Source: Pseudomonadota bacterium
GTDB lineage: Bacteria; Pseudomonadota; Gammaproteobacteria; Burkholderiales; SG8-39
Length of the DNA: 64,000 nt
Reading direction: 5' to 3'
Assembly: GCA_021811085.1 (NCBI GenBank)
Contig: JAJZPQ010000002.1
Span: forward strand, 132,698-196,697
Shown here: positions 28,569 to 40,221 of the stretch, piece by piece
Layout of the letters: each line of letters opens with the position of its first letter
Numbering within the stretch: position 1 is the stretch's first letter
Made by a program: the position numbers and the translations under genes
Notes under the pieces: generated by a model
Database searches by the model: none
Told to the model about the DNA's origin: nothing
What the model saw: the letters and a program-made list of their open reading frames with translations, nothing else

Positions 28569-29504
28569 TCAACCTCCTTTTGCCAGGCTGACGCCCTGCT
28601 CGATGCTTGCTTTGTCCGCCAGCGCCAGCGACTCGAGCCTGCCATCGATGCGCTTGGTCATCCCCGCCAGCACCTTGCCCGGCCCGCATTCGGCGACATG
28701 CGTGATGCCCTGCGCCGCGAATGCCTGAATCGTCTCCACCCAGCGCACCGGATTGAATGCCTGGCGCACCAAGGCATCCTTGATGCGCGCCGGATCGTCG
28801 TAGCTCGCCACGTCGACGTTGTTGATCACCGCGATGCGCGGAGCCTTGAACGCGATGCCCTGCATGTACTGCTGCAGACGCTCGGCGGCCGGCTGCATCA
28901 GCGCGGAATGAAACGGTGCGCTGACCGGCAGCGGCAGCGCGCGCTTGGCGCCCCTGGCCTTGGCGGCGTCGCAAGCGCGTTTGACCGCCGCGGCGTGGCC
29001 GGCGATCACCACCTGGCCGGGCGAATTGAAGTTCACCGCCTGCACGATCTCGCCCTGCGCCGCCTCGGCACAGGCCGCGCGCACGCCCTCCTCGTCCAGA
29101 CCCAGAATCGCGGCCATCGCGCCCTGCCCCTGCGGCACGGCTTCCTGCATCGCCTGGGCGCGAAAGCGCACCAGCGGCAGCGCGTCGCGAAACGACAGGA
29201 CGCCGGCGGCCACCAGCGCGGTGTACTCGCCCAGGCTGTGCCCGGCGAGCAAAGCCGGCTCGGTGCCGCCGAGACTGATCCAGGCGCGATAGGCGGCATA
29301 GCCGGCCGTGAGCATGACCGGCTGGGTGTTGACGGTCTGGTTCAGCTGCTCCGCCGGACCTTCGGCCATGAGCTTGCCCATGTCCTGGGCGAGCGCCGCG
29401 GAAGCTTCGGCCAGCACTTCGCGCACTGCCGCGATATCGCCGTAGGCCTGCATCATGCCGACCGCTTGCGAACCCTGCCCGGGAAATACCATTGCGAGTT
29501 TCAT
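28569..29504 (-). CDS. fabD: Malonyl-CoA:ACP transacylase
   Basis: MKLAMVFPGQGSQAVGM and the active site GHSLGEYTALVAAG. Start ATG 29504. Confidence 0.93.
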   Translation of the reverse strand: MKLAMVFPGQGSQAVGMMQAYGDIAAVREVLAEASAALAQDMGKLMAEGPAEQLNQTVNTQPVMLTAGYAAYRAWISLGGTEPALLAGHSLGEYTALVAAGVLSFRDALPLVRFRAQAMQEAVPQGQGAMAAILGLDEEGVRAACAEAAQGEIVQAVNFNSPGQVVIAGHAAAVKRACDAAKARGAKRALPLPVSAPFHSALMQPAAERLQQYMQGIAFKAPRIAVINNVDVASYDDPARIKDALVRQAFNPVRWVETIQAFAAQGITHVAECGPGKVLAGMTKRIDGRLESLALADKASIEQGVSLAKGG

Positions 29505-29571
29505 AGTTTCTGCATCAAAGTGAGATCCGATTGCACCGTGTGTAGCGGCGAGCCGCATCGTTGCAGAGTAA

Positions 29572-30531
29572 TTACATTTGCACCAGCACGGCGCCCCAGG
29601 TAAAGCCGCCGCCTACGCCTTGCAGCATGACTTTGTGGCCGGGCTTGATGCGCCCGTCGCGTATGGCCAGATCCAGCGCCAGCGGCACCGAAGCGGCCGA
29701 AGTATTGCCGTGCCGGTCCACGGTCACGATCAGTTTTTCATGCGGCAGGCCGAGGCGCTTCGCGGTCGATTCCAGGATGCGCAGGTTGGCCTGGTGCGGA
29801 ATCAGCCAATCGACGTCTTCGATCCGCTGTCCGCATTTCGCCAGGGTTTCGCGCGCCACCTCGTCCAGCACCCGCACCGCAAACTTGAACACCGCGGGGC
29901 CGTCCATGCGCAGGAACGGGTCGCCGGTGACCTTGCCGCCGCAGACGCTGCCGGGAACGGACAGAATGCCGGCATGGCTGCCGTCGGCGTGCAGGGCGCT
30001 CGCCATGATGCCGGGCTTGTCGTCCGCGCGCAGCACCACGGCGCCGGCGCCGTCGCCGAACAACACGCAGGTGCCGCGGTCGTTCCAGTCGAGGATGCGC
30101 GAGAACACTTCCGCGCCTACCACCAGCGCGCAGCGGTTCTGGCCCGCGCGGATGTAGAGGTCGGCCGTCGCGAGCGCGTAGACGAAGCCGCTGCATACCG
30201 CCTGCAGATCGAACGCGGCGCCGCCTTTGATGCCGAGCTTCGCCTGCAACAGGCAGGCGGTGCTCGGGAAAATATAGTCCGGAGTGGAGGTGGCGACGAT
30301 GATGAGATCGATATCCCCGGCGGCGATGCCCGCGCTGGCGATCGCGGCTTTGCTCGCCTCGAGCGCGAGGCTGCTCGCGGTCTCGCCAGCTTCGGCGATA
30401 TGCCGCTGGCGGATACCTGTGCGCGAGCGTATCCACTCATCGGAGGTATCCATGCGCCGTGCGAGGTCGTCGTTGGTAACGACATTGCGCGGCAGATAAC
30501 TGCCGCTGCCTATGATTCTGGAATAGATCAC
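29572..30531 (-). CDS. fabH: 3-oxoacyl-ACP synthase III
   Basis: 319 aa. Active-site [25 protein letters not shown]. Confidence 0.93.
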   Translation of the reverse strand: MIYSRIIGSGSYLPRNVVTNDDLARRMDTSDEWIRSRTGIRQRHIAEAGETASSLALEASKAAIASAGIAAGDIDLIIVATSTPDYIFPSTACLLQAKLGIKGGAAFDLQAVCSGFVYALATADLYIRAGQNRCALVVGAEVFSRILDWNDRGTCVLFGDGAGAVVLRADDKPGIMASALHADGSHAGILSVPGSVCGGKVTGDPFLRMDGPAVFKFAVRVLDEVARETLAKCGQRIEDVDWLIPHQANLRILESTAKRLGLPHEKLIVTVDRHGNTSAASVPLALDLAIRDGRIKPGHKVMLQGVGGGFTWGAVLVQM

Positions 30532-31553
30532 GCCGCTTCCACCTTGTCAGGGCCTGCTGCCGCCAGGCGTTGGGAAATGCGCTGCAGCACGCCCTCGCGC
30601 ACCTCGTCGAATGCACGTTCGATCGCGTTTTCGAAGCCGAAGCTGTCGGCCGAGCCATGGCTTTTCACCACGATGCCCTTCAAGCCGAGCAGGCTGGCGC
30701 CGTTGTAGCGCGCCGGATCGACCCGGCGCTTGAATGCCGATAGCACCGGCATCGCGACGGCGCCGCAAAGATACGTGAACCAGTTGCGCTTGAATTCGTC
30801 GGTAAGGAAGGCGCGCAGCATTTTGGCCAGCCCCTCGGCGGTCTTGAGCGCGACATTGCCGACGAAGCCGTCGCACACGACGATGTCGGTAGTGCCTTTG
30901 AAAATGTCGTCGCCTTCGACGTTGCCGTAGAAGTTGAGTCCGCTCGCACGCAGCAGCTCGGCTGTCTGCTTCACCATCTCATTGCCCTTGATTTCCTCTT
31001 CGCCGATATTGAGCAGGCCGATGCTGGGACGCTCCTTGTGCTGTATCGCGGAAACCAGCATGGCGCCCATGATGGCGAACTGCAGCAAATGCTCCGGCGT
31101 GCAATTGACATTGGCGCCGAGGTCGAGCACATACACCTCGCCTTTCATGGTCGGCATGATGCCGGCAATGGCGGGGCGGTCGATTCCGGGCAGGGTCTTG
31201 AGCACGAAGCGTGAAATCGCCATCAGCGCGCCGGTGTTGCCCGCGCTGACGCAGGCCTGCGCTTCGCCGCTCTTGACCAGATCGACGGCGACGCGCATGG
31301 AGGAGTCTTTTTTGCCGCGCAGCGCCAGGGCCGGCGCCTCGTCCATGCCTACGGTCTGGGTCGCGTGGTGCAGGCGCAGCTGCGGGCCGGGCGTCGCGTG
31401 CTGCGCGCGCAGTTCGGCCTCGATCGCCGGCTGCAAACCGACCAGAATCAGCTTGCTTTGCGGGTGGGATTTCTGGAACTTCAGCGCGGCGGGGACGGTC
31501 ACGCCGGGGCCGTGATCGCCTCCCATGCAATCGATGGCTACCGTGGCATCCAT
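30528..31553 (-). CDS. plsX: Phosphate acyltransferase PlsX
   Basis: 341 aa. [31 protein letters not shown]. The stop overlaps the fabH start. Confidence 0.93.
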   Translation of the reverse strand: MDATVAIDCMGGDHGPGVTVPAALKFQKSHPQSKLILVGLQPAIEAELRAQHATPGPQLRLHHATQTVGMDEAPALALRGKKDSSMRVAVDLVKSGEAQACVSAGNTGALMAISRFVLKTLPGIDRPAIAGIMPTMKGEVYVLDLGANVNCTPEHLLQFAIMGAMLVSAIQHKERPSIGLLNIGEEEIKGNEMVKQTAELLRASGLNFYGNVEGDDIFKGTTDIVVCDGFVGNVALKTAEGLAKMLRAFLTDEFKRNWFTYLCGAVAMPVLSAFKRRVDPARYNGASLLGLKGIVVKSHGSADSFGFENAIERAFDEVREGVLQRISQRLAAAGPDKVEAA

Positions 31554-31642
31554 TTAGTTGTTCGCGGCAGTCGGGCGATCATCCATCCGGCTTGATGCCG
31601 GGCGAACGGGCGCGCTACCCGTTCGCGCTGCGCCAGGCGCGC

Positions 31643-31822
31643 TTATTCGCCTTTGGACTTGACGATTTTCTTGCCACGATAATAGCCGCTGGGGCTGATA
31701 TGGTGGCGCAGATGCACTTCGCCGGTGGTCGGCTCGACCGCCATGGGGGGATTGGTCAGAAAGTCGTGCGCGCGATGCATGCCGCGCTTGGAGGGCGACT
31801 TCTTATTCTGTTGGACTGCCAT
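31643..31822 (-). CDS. rpmF: 50S ribosomal protein L32
   Basis: Not in the ORF track (59 aa). My minus-strand translation is [59 protein letters not shown]. Sits between yceD and plsX as expected. Confidence 0.9.
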   Translation of the reverse strand: MAVQQNKKSPSKRGMHRAHDFLTNPPMAVEPTTGEVHLRHHISPSGYYRGKKIVKSKGE

Positions 31823-31833
31823 GTCAATGCTCC

Positions 31834-32316
31834 TTACTTGTTCAATCTTTTCAGCGCGGCGAGCGCCTGAAAAGCCGAGGGCCCACTGCCCTCATTCGTT
31901 CCTGCTGCTGCCTGGCAATGCTCATGTTTAGGCACCATGGGCAAGGCCAATAAAAGCTCGTCTTCCACCAAAGCCGCGACGCTCATGTCGCGGCCGGCCA
32001 GCACGCGGTCCACGTCGTCATCCGCCGCCAATATCTCGGCTTCGCTGGCCGCAAGTTCCAGCTGCACTTCAAACCGCAGCGGATATTCGACCTCGCCTAG
32101 ACAACGCTGGCACTGCAGGCGCACACTGCCGCTCGCCTCCAGCCCCAGTTCGGGTTTGCCCCGTTCGTTGATTTCGCCCGTCAGCACGAAATCCAGGACC
32201 AAACCCGAACAGCCGGATTGGACCAGCCGCGGCAGGGATTCAATGCCTAGACGACCTTTGAGCACACCTGCGGAACGGGCAAACTCCAGGCCGTCAATAG
32301 CCGCCGGTTGCAACAT
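31834..32316 (-). CDS. yceD: YceD (DUF177) large-subunit rRNA accumulation protein
   Basis: 160 aa. [12 protein letters not shown] Cys motif and an acidic C-terminal half. Immediately upstream of rpmF. Confidence 0.8.
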   Translation of the reverse strand: MLQPAAIDGLEFARSAGVLKGRLGIESLPRLVQSGCSGLVLDFVLTGEINERGKPELGLEASGSVRLQCQRCLGEVEYPLRFEVQLELAASEAEILAADDDVDRVLAGRDMSVAALVEDELLLALPMVPKHEHCQAAAGTNEGSGPSAFQALAALKRLNK

Positions 32317-32479
32317 AGGCGCGCATGATATTATTTTTGACCTGCCCTGTCAAAGGAAAAACAAAATTTTCAACACCTTGCTGAAGATTTGCGCGCACCG
32401 GGCGCGGCCCCCTTTCGGCAGGCGCCCGGTCTGGTTTCGCCAATCCTAATCGATGTTTATCCTGAAAAGAGCGACAAAT

Positions 32480-34090
32480 ATGCATAACGCAAAAAAACGA
32501 TTCATCAGGACCGGTCTGATCGCAGCGCTATCCGTGTATGCGGGGCTGGCAGTCGCAGCCAAAACGCTGGTGTTCTGCTCCGAAGGCAGCCCGGAAGGAT
32601 TCAACCCCCAGTTCTTCGAGACCGGCACCACCATGGATGCATCGTCAGTTCCGATTTACAACCGTCTGGTCCAATTCGATCTCGGCACGACCAACATCGT
32701 TCCTGCCTTGGCCGAATCCTGGCAGGTCTCGGCGGACGGCCTCAGCTACACCTTCCATCTGCGCAAGGGCGTGAAGTTCCACAGCAACGCCAAATTCAAA
32801 CCGACGCGCGATTTCGACGCCGACGACGTGTTGTTCACCTATGAGCGCATGGCCGATCCGAAGCACCCGTTCCACAACACCGCGCCGGGCCAGACCTTTG
32901 CCTATTTTGAAGACATGGGTCTGGCTAAGATCGTCGACAAACTGGAAAGAATCGATAACTACACCGTCCGCTTCAAGCTAACGCACCCGGAAGCCCCCTT
33001 TTTGGCCGACATGGCGATGGATTTTGCGTCCATCCTGTCGGCCGAATATGCGGATAGGATGAAAGCGGCCGGGACGCCGGAAATCATCGACCGCGAGCCG
33101 ATCGGAACCGGGCCGTTCCAATTCGTCTCTTACCAGCAGGATGCGGTCATCCGCTACAAAGCGTTCGATCAGTATTGGGGCGGCCGCCCGAAAATCGACA
33201 ATCTGATCTACGCGATCACGCCGGATGCTTCGGTGCGCTACGCCAAACTGAAGGCCGGCGAGTGCCAGGTAATGGCCTTCCCCAAACCGGCCGACATCGC
33301 GCTGATGCAACGCGATCCGCAGTTGAAGTTGTTAACCCAGGAAGGCCTGAATATCGGTTACATCGCGTTTAACGTCGAGAAAAAGCCCTTCGATAACAAG
33401 CTGGTGCGCCAGGCGCTCAGCCTGGCCGTCGACCGACAGGCGATACTCAAGTCGGTGTACCAGGGCGCGGGGATAGCGGCCAAGAACCCGATTCCGCCGA
33501 CCATGTGGTCCTACAACGACAAGGTCCAGCCCTATCCTTACGACGTTGCCAAGGCCAAGGCGCTGCTGAAGCAGGCCGGCTATCCCAACGGCTTCGAAAC
33601 CGAGCTGTGGTATTTGCCGGTGACGCGCCCGTACAATCCGGACGGCAAACGTATGGCCGAGTTGATCCAGGCCGACTGGGCGAAAATCGGCGTCAAAACC
33701 CGGCTGACGACGTTCGAATGGGGCGAATACCGCAAGCGCAGCAAGGCCGGGGAACAGCAGACCATGATGTTCGGCTGGTCCGGCGACAACGGCGATCCCG
33801 ATAATTTCTTCGGTCCCTTGCTGAGCTGCGAAGCGGTGAAAGGCGGCGGCAATGTTTCACGCTGGTGCGACAAGGATTTCGAGAACTTGATCCAGAAGGC
33901 AAAAACGACGCCGAAACAGGCCGATCGCGCCAAGTTCTATGAAAAGGCGCAGGAAATCGTGCATGAACAAGCCCCACAGCTCGAAATCGCGCATTCGATC
34001 CGGTACACGCCGGTACGCAAGGAAGTGATCGGCTTCAAAATGGATCCGACGGCGCACCACTACTTCAACCGGGTCGACTTGGCAAAGTAG
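32480..34090 (+). CDS. dppA: Peptide ABC transporter periplasmic substrate-binding protein (DppA/OppA family 5)
   Basis: Signal peptide MHNAKKRFIRTGLIAALSVYAGLAVA. Then KTLVFCSEGSPEGFNPQ, LAESWQVSADGLSYTFHLRKGVKFH. Start ATG 32480 (purine-rich stretch upstream) or 32453. Confidence 0.88.
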   Translation: MHNAKKRFIRTGLIAALSVYAGLAVAAKTLVFCSEGSPEGFNPQFFETGTTMDASSVPIYNRLVQFDLGTTNIVPALAESWQVSADGLSYTFHLRKGVKFHSNAKFKPTRDFDADDVLFTYERMADPKHPFHNTAPGQTFAYFEDMGLAKIVDKLERIDNYTVRFKLTHPEAPFLADMAMDFASILSAEYADRMKAAGTPEIIDREPIGTGPFQFVSYQQDAVIRYKAFDQYWGGRPKIDNLIYAITPDASVRYAKLKAGECQVMAFPKPADIALMQRDPQLKLLTQEGLNIGYIAFNVEKKPFDNKLVRQALSLAVDRQAILKSVYQGAGIAAKNPIPPTMWSYNDKVQPYPYDVAKAKALLKQAGYPNGFETELWYLPVTRPYNPDGKRMAELIQADWAKIGVKTRLTTFEWGEYRKRSKAGEQQTMMFGWSGDNGDPDNFFGPLLSCEAVKGGGNVSRWCDKDFENLIQKAKTTPKQADRAKFYEKAQEIVHEQAPQLEIAHSIRYTPVRKEVIGFKMDPTAHHYFNRVDLAK

Positions 34091-34093
34091 CCT

Positions 34094-34205
34094 GGCGCAG
34101 CGCAATGGGAAATCCGCTGCGTCAGTAAAATTCGGCGATTGTTCGGCCGAGGAATCCAGGATAATCGCGCTTCATTGAAAACCGCAGGCGGCTCACGCAG
34201 CCGCC
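34094..34205 (+). promoter_or_regulatory. Two intercistronic stem-loops between the binding-protein and permease genes
   Basis: Stem 34094-34102 / 34115-34123 (9 bp including one G-U, 12-nt loop). Perfect 7-bp stem GGCGGCT (34187-34193) / AGCCGCC (34199-34205). No U-tract. Consistent with mRNA-stabilising or attenuating hairpins often seen after SBP genes. Confidence 0.3.
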
Positions 34206-34242
34206 GCGACAGCACTCAACCACCGGTCGAACAGGCAGCACC

Positions 34243-35253
34243 ATGTTTGGATTTTTCCTGCGCCGCGCCAGTCTGATCATTCCGACGTTCATCGGCATCA
34301 CGCTGCTGGTGTTTTCGCTGATCCACATGATTCCGGGCGATGCGGTCGAGGCCATGTCGGGTGAGCGTGGCATGGATGCCGCGCGTTATGCGCGGCTGGT
34401 GCATCAATTGGGCCTGGATCGGCCGCTGTACGTGCAATATTTCGACTACCTCGGGCACGTGCTGCAAGGCGATCTCGGCCATTCGATCGTCACCCAGGAA
34501 TCGGTGCTGCACGAGTTCCTCGCTTTGTTTCCGGCCACCGTGGAATTGTCCTTTTGCGCAATGCTGATCGCCCTTGCGATCGGACTGCCGGCCGGCATCC
34601 TGGCGGCGCTGAAACGCAATACGGTGTTCGACTATGCGGTGATGGGCGTGTCGCTGACCGGCTACTCCATGCCGATTTTCTGGTGGGCGCTGCTGCTGAT
34701 TCTGCTGTTCTCGGTCACCCTGGGCTGGACTCCGGTTTCCGGCCGCATCGACATCTTGTTCGACTTGCCGCCGGTGACCGGCTTCATGCTGATCGACAGC
34801 CTGTTGTCGGGCGAGCCGGGCGCATTTCGATCGGCCCTGTCGCACCTGATCCTGCCCGCGATAGCGCTCGGCACGATACCGCTGGCGGTGGTCGCACGCA
34901 TGACGCGCTCGGCGATGCTGGAAGTGCTGCGCGAAGACTACGTACGCACCGCACGCGCCAAAGGCCTGTCGCGCTTCAGGGTGGTCGGCATCCACGCGCT
35001 GCGCAATGCACTGATCCCGGTCGTTACCGTAATCGGCTTGCAGGTCGGCACGCTGTTGGCTGGCGCGATCCTGACCGAAACGATTTTCTCCTGGCCCGGC
35101 ATCGGCAAGTGGCTGGTCGAGGCGATACACCGCCGCGATTATCCGGTGGTCCAAGGGGGAATCCTGCTGTCGGCAACGATCATTATCGTGGTCAATCTGG
35201 CCGTTGATCTGTTGTACGGCGTGATCAACCCGAGAATACGCCACAGTTCATGA
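34243..35253 (+). CDS. dppB: Peptide ABC transporter permease
   Basis: 336 aa. [34 protein letters not shown]-terminus and the EAA-loop region [13 protein letters not shown]. Confidence 0.9.
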   Translation: MFGFFLRRASLIIPTFIGITLLVFSLIHMIPGDAVEAMSGERGMDAARYARLVHQLGLDRPLYVQYFDYLGHVLQGDLGHSIVTQESVLHEFLALFPATVELSFCAMLIALAIGLPAGILAALKRNTVFDYAVMGVSLTGYSMPIFWWALLLILLFSVTLGWTPVSGRIDILFDLPPVTGFMLIDSLLSGEPGAFRSALSHLILPAIALGTIPLAVVARMTRSAMLEVLREDYVRTARAKGLSRFRVVGIHALRNALIPVVTVIGLQVGTLLAGAILTETIFSWPGIGKWLVEAIHRRDYPVVQGGILLSATIIIVVNLAVDLLYGVINPRIRHSS

Positions 35254-36146
35254 GCCAGGCCGCTACCGTTGCCGCTCCCGCCGCGCCGCCGCATCCTTTG
35301 CGCGAATTCTGGATTCATTTTCGCCAGAATCGCGGCGCCGTCATCGGTTTGGCCGCGGTCGTCGTGATCGCGCTGCTCGCGCTGTGCGCGAACCTGATCG
35401 CGCCGCATTCGCCGATCGCGCAATTCCGCGATGCGACGCTGGTGCCGCCGGCCTGGCAGGCCGGCGGCAGCGCCAGATTCCTGCTCGGCACCGATCCGGT
35501 CGGGCGCGACATGCTCTCGCGCCTGATCCACGGCACGCGCCTATCGCTGCTTATCGGACTGGTGTCGGTGTCCTTGTCGCTCGTCCTCGGCGTTACGCTG
35601 GGGCTGATCGCCGGCTATTTCCGCGGCGTGACCGAAATCGCGATCATGCGCCTGATGGACGTCATGCTGGCCCTGCCGAGCCTGCTGCTGGCGGTCGCGA
35701 TCGTGGCCGTGCTCGGCCCCGGTCTGGTCAATGCCATGTATGCGATCGCGGTGGTGATGCTGCCGCACTATGCGCGCCAGACCCGCGCCGCGGTGATCGC
35801 CGAGATGGCCAAGGATTATGTCAACGCGTCGCGCATCGCCGGCGCCGGCACGCTGCGCATCATGTTCGACTGCGTGTTGCCCAATTGCACCGCGCCGCTG
35901 ATCGTGCAGGCCACGCTCGGTTTCTCCAGCGCGATCCTGGATGCCGCGGCGCTCGGATTTCTCGGTCTCGGCGCGCAGCCGCCGACGCCGGAATGGGGCT
36001 CGATGCTGGCGAGCGCGCTCGAGTTCATTCAGAGCGCGTGGTGGGTGGTGACCTTCCCCGGCCTGGCGATTCTGCTGTCGGTGCTGGCCTTCAACCTGAC
36101 CGGCGACGGCCTGCGCGATGCGCTCGATCCCAAACTGAAGCGATGA
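35250..36146 (+). CDS. dppC: Peptide ABC transporter permease
   Basis: 298 aa. [21 protein letters not shown], and [12 protein letters not shown] in the EAA loop. ATGA overlap with dppB. Confidence 0.9.
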   Translation: MSQAATVAAPAAPPHPLREFWIHFRQNRGAVIGLAAVVVIALLALCANLIAPHSPIAQFRDATLVPPAWQAGGSARFLLGTDPVGRDMLSRLIHGTRLSLLIGLVSVSLSLVLGVTLGLIAGYFRGVTEIAIMRLMDVMLALPSLLLAVAIVAVLGPGLVNAMYAIAVVMLPHYARQTRAAVIAEMAKDYVNASRIAGAGTLRIMFDCVLPNCTAPLIVQATLGFSSAILDAAALGFLGLGAQPPTPEWGSMLASALEFIQSAWWVVTFPGLAILLSVLAFNLTGDGLRDALDPKLKR

Positions 36147-37147
36147 TGCGGCCGCTGCTCGACATCCGGGACCTGCGCGTCGAATTCGGCACGGAACAAA
36201 TGCCCGTCACTGCCGTCGACGGCCTCGACCTCGTTGTCGCGCCAGGCGAAGTCGTCGGCATCGTGGGCGAATCCGGTTCCGGCAAGAGCGTCACCTCGCT
36301 CGCCGTGATGGGACTGATCGATTACCCGGGCCGGGTCAGCGCGCAGCACCTGCGCTTCGACGGGCGCGACCTGCTTGGAATGAGCGACAGCGGACGGCGC
36401 GGCTTGCTCGGCAAGGATATCGCGATGATTTTTCAGGACCCGATGAGCAGCCTCAATCCCTGCTTCACGGTCGCCTATCAATTGATCGAGACGCTGCGCG
36501 TGCATCAGGGAGGGTCGAAGACTGCATTGCGCGAGCGGGCACTGGCGCTGCTGCAGCAGGTCGAGATTCCGGATGCGCAGCGCCGGCTGAACGCCTATCC
36601 GCATCAATTGTCCGGCGGCATGAGCCAGCGGGTGATGGTGGCGATGGCTATCGCCTGCAACCCGCGGCTGCTGATCGCCGACGAGCCGACCACCGCGCTC
36701 GACGTCACGGTGCAGGCGCAAATGCTCGAACTGCTGCTGCAGCTGCAGCGCGAACGCGGCATGGCCTTGATGCTGATCACGCACGATTTGAGCGTCATCG
36801 CCCAGACTGCGCAGCGCGTGGTGGTGATGTATGCCGGACAGGTGGTCGAAACCGGGCGCGTGCCGGACATTTTCAAGGCGCCGCGCCACCCCTACACCCA
36901 AGCCCTGCTCGCGGCGCTGCCCGAACGCAACCTCGGCCGCGAGCGCCTGCAGGCCATCCCGGGCGTGGTGCCGGGCCAGTACGACCGGCCCAGCGGCTGC
37001 CTGCTGCATCCGCGTTGCGCCTATGCCGCCGCGCCTTGCCGCGCTGTGCGCCCGGCCTTGAGCGGCGACAGCGAGGCGCAAGTGCGCTGCCACTTCGCGC
37101 TCGACCCCACCGGACATCCGGGCAACGGCTGGGATCGGACCGCGTGA
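36143..37147 (+). CDS. dppD: Peptide ABC transporter ATP-binding protein
   Basis: [11 protein letters not shown], Walker A GESGSGKS, signature LSGGMSQR, Walker [14 protein letters not shown]-terminal oligopeptide-type extension. The start overlaps the dppC stop. Confidence 0.9.
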   Translation: MMRPLLDIRDLRVEFGTEQMPVTAVDGLDLVVAPGEVVGIVGESGSGKSVTSLAVMGLIDYPGRVSAQHLRFDGRDLLGMSDSGRRGLLGKDIAMIFQDPMSSLNPCFTVAYQLIETLRVHQGGSKTALRERALALLQQVEIPDAQRRLNAYPHQLSGGMSQRVMVAMAIACNPRLLIADEPTTALDVTVQAQMLELLLQLQRERGMALMLITHDLSVIAQTAQRVVVMYAGQVVETGRVPDIFKAPRHPYTQALLAALPERNLGRERLQAIPGVVPGQYDRPSGCLLHPRCAYAAAPCRAVRPALSGDSEAQVRCHFALDPTGHPGNGWDRTA

Positions 37148-38136
37148 TGCGCGCGGATATGCACATGCACGACGCTTTGCTGCAGGCGCGAAACCTGGCC
37201 AAATACTATCCGGTGGCGCAACGCTGGTTGAAACCCAGGGGGCTCGCGCGTGCGCTCGATGGCGTATCATTCGCACTCGCGCGCGGCAAGACCCTCGCAG
37301 TGGTCGGCGAATCCGGCTGCGGCAAATCGACTTTGGCACGCCAGATTGCGATGATCGAGCCGCCGACCAGCGGCGAATTGTGGATGGCCGGCGCCAATAT
37401 CGCCCAAGCCGGCCGCGCCGCGAGAAAGCGCGTGCGCCCGCTGGTGCAAATGGTGTTCCAGAATCCGTATGCCAGCCTGAACCCGCGCAAGAAAGTCGGT
37501 GCGATGCTGGAAGAACCTTTGATCATCAACACCCGTTTGAAGCCTGCACAGCGGGCCGAGCGCGCGTACGCGATGATGGCCAGGGTCGGCCTGCGGCCGG
37601 AACACTACGGCCGCTACCCGCACATGTTTTCCGGCGGCCAACGGCAGCGCATTGCGATCGCGCGCGCGCTGATGCTCGACCCGCAGGTGATCGTGGCCGA
37701 CGAGCCGCTGTCCGCGCTCGACGTTTCAATTCAGGCGCAGGTGTTGAACCTGCTGATGGATTTGCAGCAGAGCAGCGGCGTAGCCTATCTGTTCATCTCG
37801 CACAACCTGGCAGTAGTGGAACATATTGCCGACGAGGTATTGGTGATGTACCTCGGCAAGACGGTCGAGCATGGCAGCAAGCGCGAGGTGTTCACGCGTC
37901 CGCTGCATCCGTACACCAAGGCATTGCTGGCCAGCACCCCGCGTATCGATCCGGCGCAGCGTCAGAAAAAAATCATCTTGAGCGGCGAACTGCCCTCGCC
38001 GCTCGCGCCGCCGCCCGGCTGCGCCTTCAACACCCGCTGTCCGCATGCGCGTACGCAATGCCGGGAACAGGTTCCGCCTCTGAATGTTTTTCAGGGCCGG
38101 CAAGTTGCTTGTCACCGCATCGCCGAAATTTCCTGA
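37147..38136 (+). CDS. dppF: Peptide ABC transporter ATP-binding protein
   Basis: Walker A GESGCGKST, signature FSGGQRQR, Walker B VIVADEPLSALD. Start ATG 37147 (or GTG 37144), overlapping the dppD stop. Confidence 0.88.
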   Translation: MRADMHMHDALLQARNLAKYYPVAQRWLKPRGLARALDGVSFALARGKTLAVVGESGCGKSTLARQIAMIEPPTSGELWMAGANIAQAGRAARKRVRPLVQMVFQNPYASLNPRKKVGAMLEEPLIINTRLKPAQRAERAYAMMARVGLRPEHYGRYPHMFSGGQRQRIAIARALMLDPQVIVADEPLSALDVSIQAQVLNLLMDLQQSSGVAYLFISHNLAVVEHIADEVLVMYLGKTVEHGSKREVFTRPLHPYTKALLASTPRIDPAQRQKKIILSGELPSPLAPPPGCAFNTRCPHARTQCREQVPPLNVFQGRQVACHRIAEIS

Positions 38137-38160
38137 AATCGCCTTCCCCACCAACACGAA

Positions 38161-40206
38161 ATGGAGCTGCCATTGAAATCGTACTTTTTTAGCGCACTGG
38201 CACTGGTACTCGGCGCGGCTGGCGCGGCCGCTGGCGAACCGCCCAAGCAGACCTCCGGCATCGACCTCGAATACGTAGACAGCGCGGTTCGGCCCCAGGA
38301 CGATTTTTTCCAGTATTTCAGTGGCAAATGGCTGGCCACCACCGAGATCCCCGCCGATAAATCCAGTTGGGGCTCGTTTCTCCAACTGCGCGACGATACC
38401 CAGAGCCAATTGCGCGCAATCATCGAGACTGCAGCGCAGGATGCGCATGCAGCGCCAGGTTCCGACGCGCAAAAAATCGGCGATTTCTATGCCAGTTTCA
38501 TGGATGAACCAACGCTTGACCGGCTCGGGCTGAAGCCGCTCGCGCAAGAACTCACGCATATCGCGGCGCTGAAGGACAAGCGGCAGATTCCGGCGCTGAT
38601 CGCGCATCTGCAACAATTGGGCGTGAAGACCGCCTACCGCGTGGCGATCCATCAGGACGCACGCGATTCGACCAAATACGTCGTCGACCTGGGACAAAGC
38701 GGCTTGGGCATGCCCGACCGCGATTATTACTTGAAGCGCGATGACGCCAAGCTGGGCGCAGCGCGCACCAAGTATCAGACCTACATCGACGAGCTGCTGA
38801 AGCTCGCGGGCGATCGGCAAGCCGCTGCACACGCCGGGCAAATCCTGGCACTGGAAACCGGGCTGGCCAAAGTCCAGTGGACCAAGGTCGAAAACCGCGA
38901 TCCGGTCAAAACCTACAACAAGGTCGAACTCGACCGGCTCGGCCAGCTGGCACACGGCTACCGCTGGAAAGCGTATTTGGATGCCGCCGGCATCAGCGGC
39001 AAGGTCGATTACGTGATCGTCAGCCAGCCGAGCTATTTCACCGGCCTCAACCGGGTTCTGAAAAAAATGCCCTTGTCGGCGTGGAAAGCGTATTTCGAAT
39101 TTCATCTGCTCAACAGCTACGCGCCTTACCTGTCGCAGCCATTCGTCGATGAACACTTTTCCTTCAATGGCGAGGTATTGCTGGGTATCCCGCAGAACCT
39201 GCCACGCTGGAAGCGCGGCGTGCTCACGCTCGAACAGTCGATCGGCGAGAGCCTGGGCAAACTCTATGTCGCGCGCTATTTCCCGGCCGAGCGCAAGGCG
39301 CGCATGGAAACCTTGGTGCAAAATCTGCTCGCGGCCTACCGGCAAAGCATAGGCGAGCTCGACTGGATGAGCCCGCAGACCAAGCAGGAAGCGCTGCAAA
39401 AACTGGCCAAGTTCACGCCGAAGATCGGCTATCCGAACAAGTGGCGCGACTATTCGGCGCTGCAGATCGTCAAAGGCGACCTGGTCGGCGATGTGGCGCG
39501 CGCGAACGCGTTCGAATACCAGTACCAGCTCGCCAAACTGGGCAAACCGATCGACCGCGAAGAGTGGGGCATGACGCCGCAAACCGTGAATGCCTACTAC
39601 AATCCGGAATTGAACGAGATCGTGTTTCCGGCCGCGATCCTGCAGCCGCCGTTTTTTGATGCCAATGCCGAGGATGCGGCCAATTACGGCGCGATCGGCG
39701 CCGTGATCGGCCACGAAATCAGCCATGGATTCGACGACCAGGGCAGCCAGTACGATGGCGACGGCAATTTGCGCGACTGGTGGACCAAGGACGACCACAA
39801 GAACTTCGCCGCCAAGACCAAGATGCTGGTGGAGCAATACAATGCGTTCAGCCCGGTGCCGGGTTATCACGTCAACGGCAAATTGACGCTGGGCGAAAAT
39901 ATTGCCGACAACTCCGGACTGGCGATCGCGTACAAGGCCTACCATTTGTCGCTCGGCGGCAAGGAGGCCCCGGTGATCGACGGATTGTCCGGTGACCAGC
40001 GGCTGTTCATGAGCTTTGCGCGAATCTGGCGCGGCAAAACGCGTGAAAGCCAGGCCATCGTGTGGCTGAAAACCGACCCGCATTCGCCGGGGCGTTTCCG
40101 CTGCGACGGCACGCTGGCCAATCAGCCTGGCTTCTACGGCGCGTTCGGGGTCAAGCAAGGCGACCGGATGTATCTGCCGCCCGAGCGGCGCGTGATAATG
40201 TGGTAG
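38161..40206 (+). CDS. M13-family zinc metallopeptidase (PepO / endothelin-converting-enzyme-like)
   Basis: 681 aa. Signal peptide, VNAYYNPELNEIVFPAAILQPPFF, zinc site HEISHGFDD, GENIADNSG, C-terminal PPERRVIMW. Confidence 0.9.
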   Translation: MELPLKSYFFSALALVLGAAGAAAGEPPKQTSGIDLEYVDSAVRPQDDFFQYFSGKWLATTEIPADKSSWGSFLQLRDDTQSQLRAIIETAAQDAHAAPGSDAQKIGDFYASFMDEPTLDRLGLKPLAQELTHIAALKDKRQIPALIAHLQQLGVKTAYRVAIHQDARDSTKYVVDLGQSGLGMPDRDYYLKRDDAKLGAARTKYQTYIDELLKLAGDRQAAAHAGQILALETGLAKVQWTKVENRDPVKTYNKVELDRLGQLAHGYRWKAYLDAAGISGKVDYVIVSQPSYFTGLNRVLKKMPLSAWKAYFEFHLLNSYAPYLSQPFVDEHFSFNGEVLLGIPQNLPRWKRGVLTLEQSIGESLGKLYVARYFPAERKARMETLVQNLLAAYRQSIGELDWMSPQTKQEALQKLAKFTPKIGYPNKWRDYSALQIVKGDLVGDVARANAFEYQYQLAKLGKPIDREEWGMTPQTVNAYYNPELNEIVFPAAILQPPFFDANAEDAANYGAIGAVIGHEISHGFDDQGSQYDGDGNLRDWWTKDDHKNFAAKTKMLVEQYNAFSPVPGYHVNGKLTLGENIADNSGLAIAYKAYHLSLGGKEAPVIDGLSGDQRLFMSFARIWRGKTRESQAIVWLKTDPHSPGRFRCDGTLANQPGFYGAFGVKQGDRMYLPPERRVIMW

Positions 40207-40221
40207 CAAAGGGAGAGCAAA

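Noticed and set aside
32337-32353. TTGAC-N7-GTCAA dyad in the yceD/dppA divergent region, considered as an FNR/CRP box
   Set aside because: FNR/CRP-family sites have TTGAT-N4-ATCAA or TGTGA-N6-TCACA spacing. The N7 spacing does not fit, and a 5-bp arm is expected by chance.
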